A program made the translations under genes and the position numbers. This document shows positions 60,799-64,000 of a stretch of 64,000 bases of DNA, piece after piece. The DNA is from Candidatus Dormibacteria bacterium (GTDB lineage Bacteria > Chloroflexota > Dormibacteria > Aeolococcales > Aeolococcaceae): contig JBEKXW010000009.1 in assembly GCA_049511615.1 (NCBI GenBank), forward strand, positions 12,703-76,702, written 5' to 3'. Each line of letters starts with the position of its first letter. Position 1 is the stretch's first letter. A model generated the notes under the pieces. The model saw only the letters and a program-made list of their open reading frames with translations. It ran no database searches and was not told the DNA's origin.

Positions 60799-61472
60799 CG
60801 CCTTGCCTCACCGTCGGGCACGAGGCCCCAGCGCATCGCCTTCACCACCGCCTCGAGCTGACTGTGGGCCTCGAGCTTCCCGAGGATGCTCTTCACGTGG
60901 CCTCTGCAGGTGTGGACGCTGATGCCCAGGCGGCGTGCGATGGTCTGGGGGTCGAGACCCTGGCAGAGGCAGCCGAGGACCTCGGTCTCGCGCTCGGTGA
61001 GGCTGGCGGTGGGTGGCGAGACCGCCGGGCGGGCGGCCTGCACCCTGTCCAGGAGCACGCTGAGCACGCTCCCGTCCACCGACATCTCCCCCTCACCCGC
61101 GCGCCGGAGGGCGTCAAGGACGGTGCTGATGCTGCTCTCCTTGGGGAGGATGCCGCAGGCGCCGATGGAGGCGACCCGGGCCACCAGCTCCACATCCGTG
61201 TAGGCGGTGAGGATCACGATCCGAAGATCGGGATCCAGCTTCAGGAGGCTTCGCGACGCCTCGACCCCGTCACCGTCCGGGAGCCGGACGTCGGTGAGCA
61301 GGATGTCCGGGTGGCTGGTGAGGAATACCGCGCGCCCCTCGGCGATGGTGGCTGCGATGCCGACGCAGCGCATGTCGGACTGCAGGTCGATGGCCATGGC
61401 GATCGACTCCGCCACCGCTCGGTGGTCGTCAACGACCAGGACCCGCAGGAGCTGACGGGCAGCTTCAGCCAT
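60795..61472 (-). CDS. NarL/LuxR-family response regulator
   Basis: REC (VLVVDDHRAV...LLTDVRLPDGDG) plus LuxR HTH (LTERETEVLGCLCQGLDPQTIARRL). Confidence 0.85.
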   Translation of the reverse strand: MAEAARQLLRVLVVDDHRAVAESIAMAIDLQSDMRCVGIAATIAEGRAVFLTSHPDILLTDVRLPDGDGVEASRSLLKLDPDLRIVILTAYTDVELVARVASIGACGILPKESSISTVLDALRRAGEGEMSVDGSVLSVLLDRVQAARPAVSPPTASLTERETEVLGCLCQGLDPQTIARRLGISVHTCRGHVKSILGKLEAHSQLEAVVKAMRWGLVPDGEARR

Positions 61473-62263
61473 CGCCAGCCGCTGGCGGGCCGGCTGACAC
61501 CGGGGCCGGTATGGCGCTCCATGTCCCTAGCAAGGCCATCCACGGTAGCGCAGCGAGCTGACTGGCGCTCGATTCCGTCGCCGAGACCGACGCGGGCGTC
61601 TGGGCACAAGTCCCACGCGCCGGGGGACAACGCGGGACGCACTCGGGCCCGGGTGGGTGGGCCTGCGCAACGGCCCATTCTCGGAGGGCCGCCGTCCCCA
61701 TAAGCTCGGCCCGCCAGGGAGCGGGGGTGTGTGCGGGTGGACATCGGATGGGCGGGACACTGCTACCTGCGGCGCGGGGCGCCACGGCGGCCGCGCCGGG
61801 CGGCGCCGGCGTCCCTTCCCGCCATCTCGTCATGCGATGGGCCGAGGTCGTTCGCCCGGCCCGCACCGGCTTGCATCTCGGGGTGGGATGATCCACCGAC
61901 CTGGCCGCCCGCGCCGCGGGGTCGTCCGCATGACGACCACAGCAGGAGACGGCACCGACCTCACGGGTGACCTGCCCTGGCGCGAGGCACAGGCAATGCT
62001 GCGCCGGCTCCGACAGATCTTCTCTGATCACGATGCACATGCCGGCGGCTGGATCCTGACTCCTGTCAGCCGCGGCTTCATCGCCTCCAGGGGCAGGGGC
62101 CTCTCGGTCACCTTCTCCGCCTCCGAGGTTCCGGCGATGGAGCTCGTGGGACGTGGTCGACGCCGTGTTGCGCCAGGCGCGGAGCGCCCAGGGCCGAAGG
62201 CTGAAAGCCCCTGAGGCACCACTCTCGGCGGGATCGCGGGCCTGGCGAGCGGACGAGGGCGGG

Positions 62264-64000
62264 TCAGGGAGCGGGAGCACCGTTGTCGCCCTGGCGCCGT
62301 GCCACCAGCTCCACACGTGACCGGATGTCGAGCTTGGCGAAGACCCGCTGGAGGTGGGTCTCGACAGTGTTGACGGAGAGGGACAGCGAGGCGGCGATCT
62401 GCCGGTTGGTTCTGCCCTGCGATGCCAGCTCGGCGATCCGCTTCTCCTGGGGCGTGAGTCCCGTTCCTGGCGCGGAGCGGCGTGATCGGCGGCCTCCCGC
62501 CGCGGCGAGCTCGTGGCGGAGGTGGGAAGAGAGGAGATCGGCTCCGGCCTGCTCCGCGCGCCGCAACCCCTCGGCCAGCGGGCCCCGAGCCTCGACGTGG
62601 CGGCCGGAACGTCGCAGTGTCTGACCCAGATACAGCAGCGCCGTGATGCGGTCAAGCTCGAGGCCGCTCGACCGCGCCGCCTCCACAGCCGTCCGATCGT
62701 GCGCCTCCGCGGCGGCGGGATCGCCGTCACCCCGCGCCAGCGCCGCGCGACCCCAGGCCGCAGCCACACGTGGCCAGCCGCAGCGAAGATGCTCGGCACG
62801 AGTCTCCAACTGGCGAAGCAGAACCTCGCCTCCGACGCGGTCTCCCGATTCGACGTGGGCCGCGATGGCGTGTGCCGTCCAGGGGACGACGCAGGGCTCC
62901 TCCACGCCGAGGCGCTCGGCGACCTGCTGCAGCCCGACATAGTGCTCAACCGCCCCGGCTGGGTCCCCGCCCAGCAGGCGCAGCTGCCCCCGCACGTGAC
63001 CGATCCGGAGCACGGCGATGGGGTCCGGACCGTCGCGGACACCGCGTTCCGCACGTGTGCAGGCGTCGCTGCTCTCGTCGAGGCGGTTCTGGTGAAGCAG
63101 CACGGCGGCGAGCATCGCCGTCGCCGCGGCGCTGACGCCCGGGGCCCCGTCCGCGGCTTTGACGGCAGCCGCCGCCAGGGCGGCGGCCTCGTCGAGGCGG
63201 GCCAGTCGAAGCAGCACGTCGGCCCGCGTGATCATCAGCTGAGCGGCGGCGAGCGTTGAGCCGGCATGGCGGGCCATCGCCAGCGTGGTTCCCAGGACGC
63301 GATCGGCCTCGCTGAGCTCACCGAGGCAGATCGCGGTCTGGGCGAAGAGCTGGGCGCTGCCGTACGGCGGCATCAGGGTGTCCGGCCGTCGCCGTAAGTC
63401 CTCGATGCCGGCCCACGCCGGATCCTCTCCCAGCGGCAGCGCTGGATGCGTTCCTCCCAGGACGCGCAGGTACGCGTCGACGGCCGCGAGCCGCGGGCTG
63501 ACGGCCGCCTCCAAGCTGATCAGCTTCGCCTCAGCCACCGTTGACAGCGCCGCCGGGACTCCGGCTGCCTGCCAGCTGACGGTGGCGAGGTCCAGAAGGG
63601 CCGCCGCCGCCATCTCCGGCGCTGCGCTACCGGCGAGCTCCGCCGCCTTCGCGTAGTGGGCGGCGGAGCTCGAGGCCCTGCCGGTGGCGATGCACGCGTG
63701 TCCGAGAGCGCGGAGGAGCCGTGCCTCTGCTTCCGGCTCGGCGGGCATGTCGCCATGACGGTGGAGGCGTTGGAGGACGCTGCCCGCTGCCACGGCGCGC
63801 CCCGATAGGAGAAGGGTCTCACCGAGGGACAACCGCAGCTCGAAGCCCGCCCGGTCCCCGGCCAGCTCCACCGCGGCTCGGAAGTGCCGGGCGGCGGACA
63901 CCGCGGAGCCCTCCTCGAGAGCTCCCGCCGCGACCCGGGCGATGATCTCGACCGCTGACCCGTCGCCGGACAGATCTGACTTGAGGGCGTGATCGGCCGC
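62264..64000 (-). CDS. Large LuxR-family (LAL/MalT-like) transcriptional regulator, TPR-like repeats plus C-terminal LuxR HTH; 5'-partial at the window edge
   Basis: C-terminal LTPQEKRIAELASQGRTNRQIAASLSLSVNTVETHLQRVF. The frame stays open from the annotated GTG (63901) to the end of the window, and no N-terminal ATPase domain is visible, so the gene probably continues beyond the window. Confidence 0.7.
   Translation of the reverse strand, partial: AADHALKSDLSGDGSAVEIIARVAAGALEEGSAVSAARHFRAAVELAGDRAGFELRLSLGETLLLSGRAVAAGSVLQRLHRHGDMPAEPEAEARLLRALGHACIATGRASSSAAHYAKAAELAGSAAPEMAAAALLDLATVSWQAAGVPAALSTVAEAKLISLEAAVSPRLAAVDAYLRVLGGTHPALPLGEDPAWAGIEDLRRRPDTLMPPYGSAQLFAQTAICLGELSEADRVLGTTLAMARHAGSTLAAAQLMITRADVLLRLARLDEAAALAAAAVKAADGAPGVSAAATAMLAAVLLHQNRLDESSDACTRAERGVRDGPDPIAVLRIGHVRGQLRLLGGDPAGAVEHYVGLQQVAERLGVEEPCVVPWTAHAIAAHVESGDRVGGEVLLRQLETRAEHLRCGWPRVAAAWGRAALARGDGDPAAAEAHDRTAVEAARSSGLELDRITALLYLGQTLRRSGRHVEARGPLAEGLRRAEQAGADLLSSHLRHELAAAGGRRSRRSAPGTGLTPQEKRIAELASQGRTNRQIAASLSLSVNTVETHLQRVFAKLDIRSRVELVARRQGDNGAPAP

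Noticed and set aside
61465-63054. 529-aa minus-strand ORF, and the 185-aa plus-strand ORF at 61657-62214, in the gap between the NarL regulator and the LuxR gene.
   Set aside because: The long ORF overlaps the LuxR gene in another frame and is Arg/Pro-rich. The short one has no homology or signals. I left them unannotated, although a small gene in the ~790-bp gap cannot be excluded.

Overview
This is a 64-kb, very GC-rich (about 70-72%) bacterial chromosomal segment. Its codon usage, overlapping start/stop codons and frequent GTG/TTG starts point to an actinobacterial-type organism or another high-GC lineage. Only promoter and operator islands are AT-rich. I called about 65 genes.

The most notable region is a sulfur-trafficking and heterodisulfide-reductase-like locus at roughly 4.1-14.1 kb. 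It runs trx-osmC-csoR(CstR-like), then a divergent two-Cys ArsR(SqrR/BigR-like), then dsrE-tusA-dsrE-tusA-mvhD-hdrL(HdrA fused to a GltD-like NAD(P)H module)-hdrA-small ORF-hdrC-hdrB. The genes are tightly translationally coupled, and palindromic operators sit in front of both regulatory units. Its composition differs from canonical sHdr clusters and from methanogen or sulfate-reducer Hdr clusters: it has one HdrCB pair, no lipoate-binding protein, and an embedded NAD(P)H domain. This is my best candidate for an undescribed system, a persulfide-regulated, NAD(P)-linked Hdr-like sulfur-oxidation or reduction complex.

Other content, in order along the window:
- a tRNA-Gly(CCC) with a decayed gene-fragment zone next to it;
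- an operon that splits a dihydropyrimidine-dehydrogenase-like flavoprotein (GltD-like plus ferredoxin domain, and a DHOD-like protein) around a single-chain pyruvate:ferredoxin oxidoreductase;
- an MFS transporter;
- a GT39/GT2 glycosyltransferase pair;
- three two-component systems, one LiaFSR-like with a DUF4097 gene;
- a MoxR-DUF58-DUF4129 operon;
- an XRE regulator with two tandem paralogous membrane proteins of unknown family;
- msrB, a GNAT gene and an EAL phosphodiesterase;
- trpD, a zinc-ribbon gene and rnhA;
- a type IV pilus cluster (pilB-pilC-three pilin-like genes-pilA, pilT) with only a truncated prepilin-peptidase N-domain, plus an orphan Flp pilin;
- a 5'-partial large LuxR regulator at the window edge.

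I saw no CRISPR array, rRNA or obvious transposase.

Coordinate caveat: the displayed sequence is one base short of 64000, and my by-eye coordinates disagree with the ORF track by one base at the 63901 start, so positions read from the sequence near the 3' end of the window may be off by 1.
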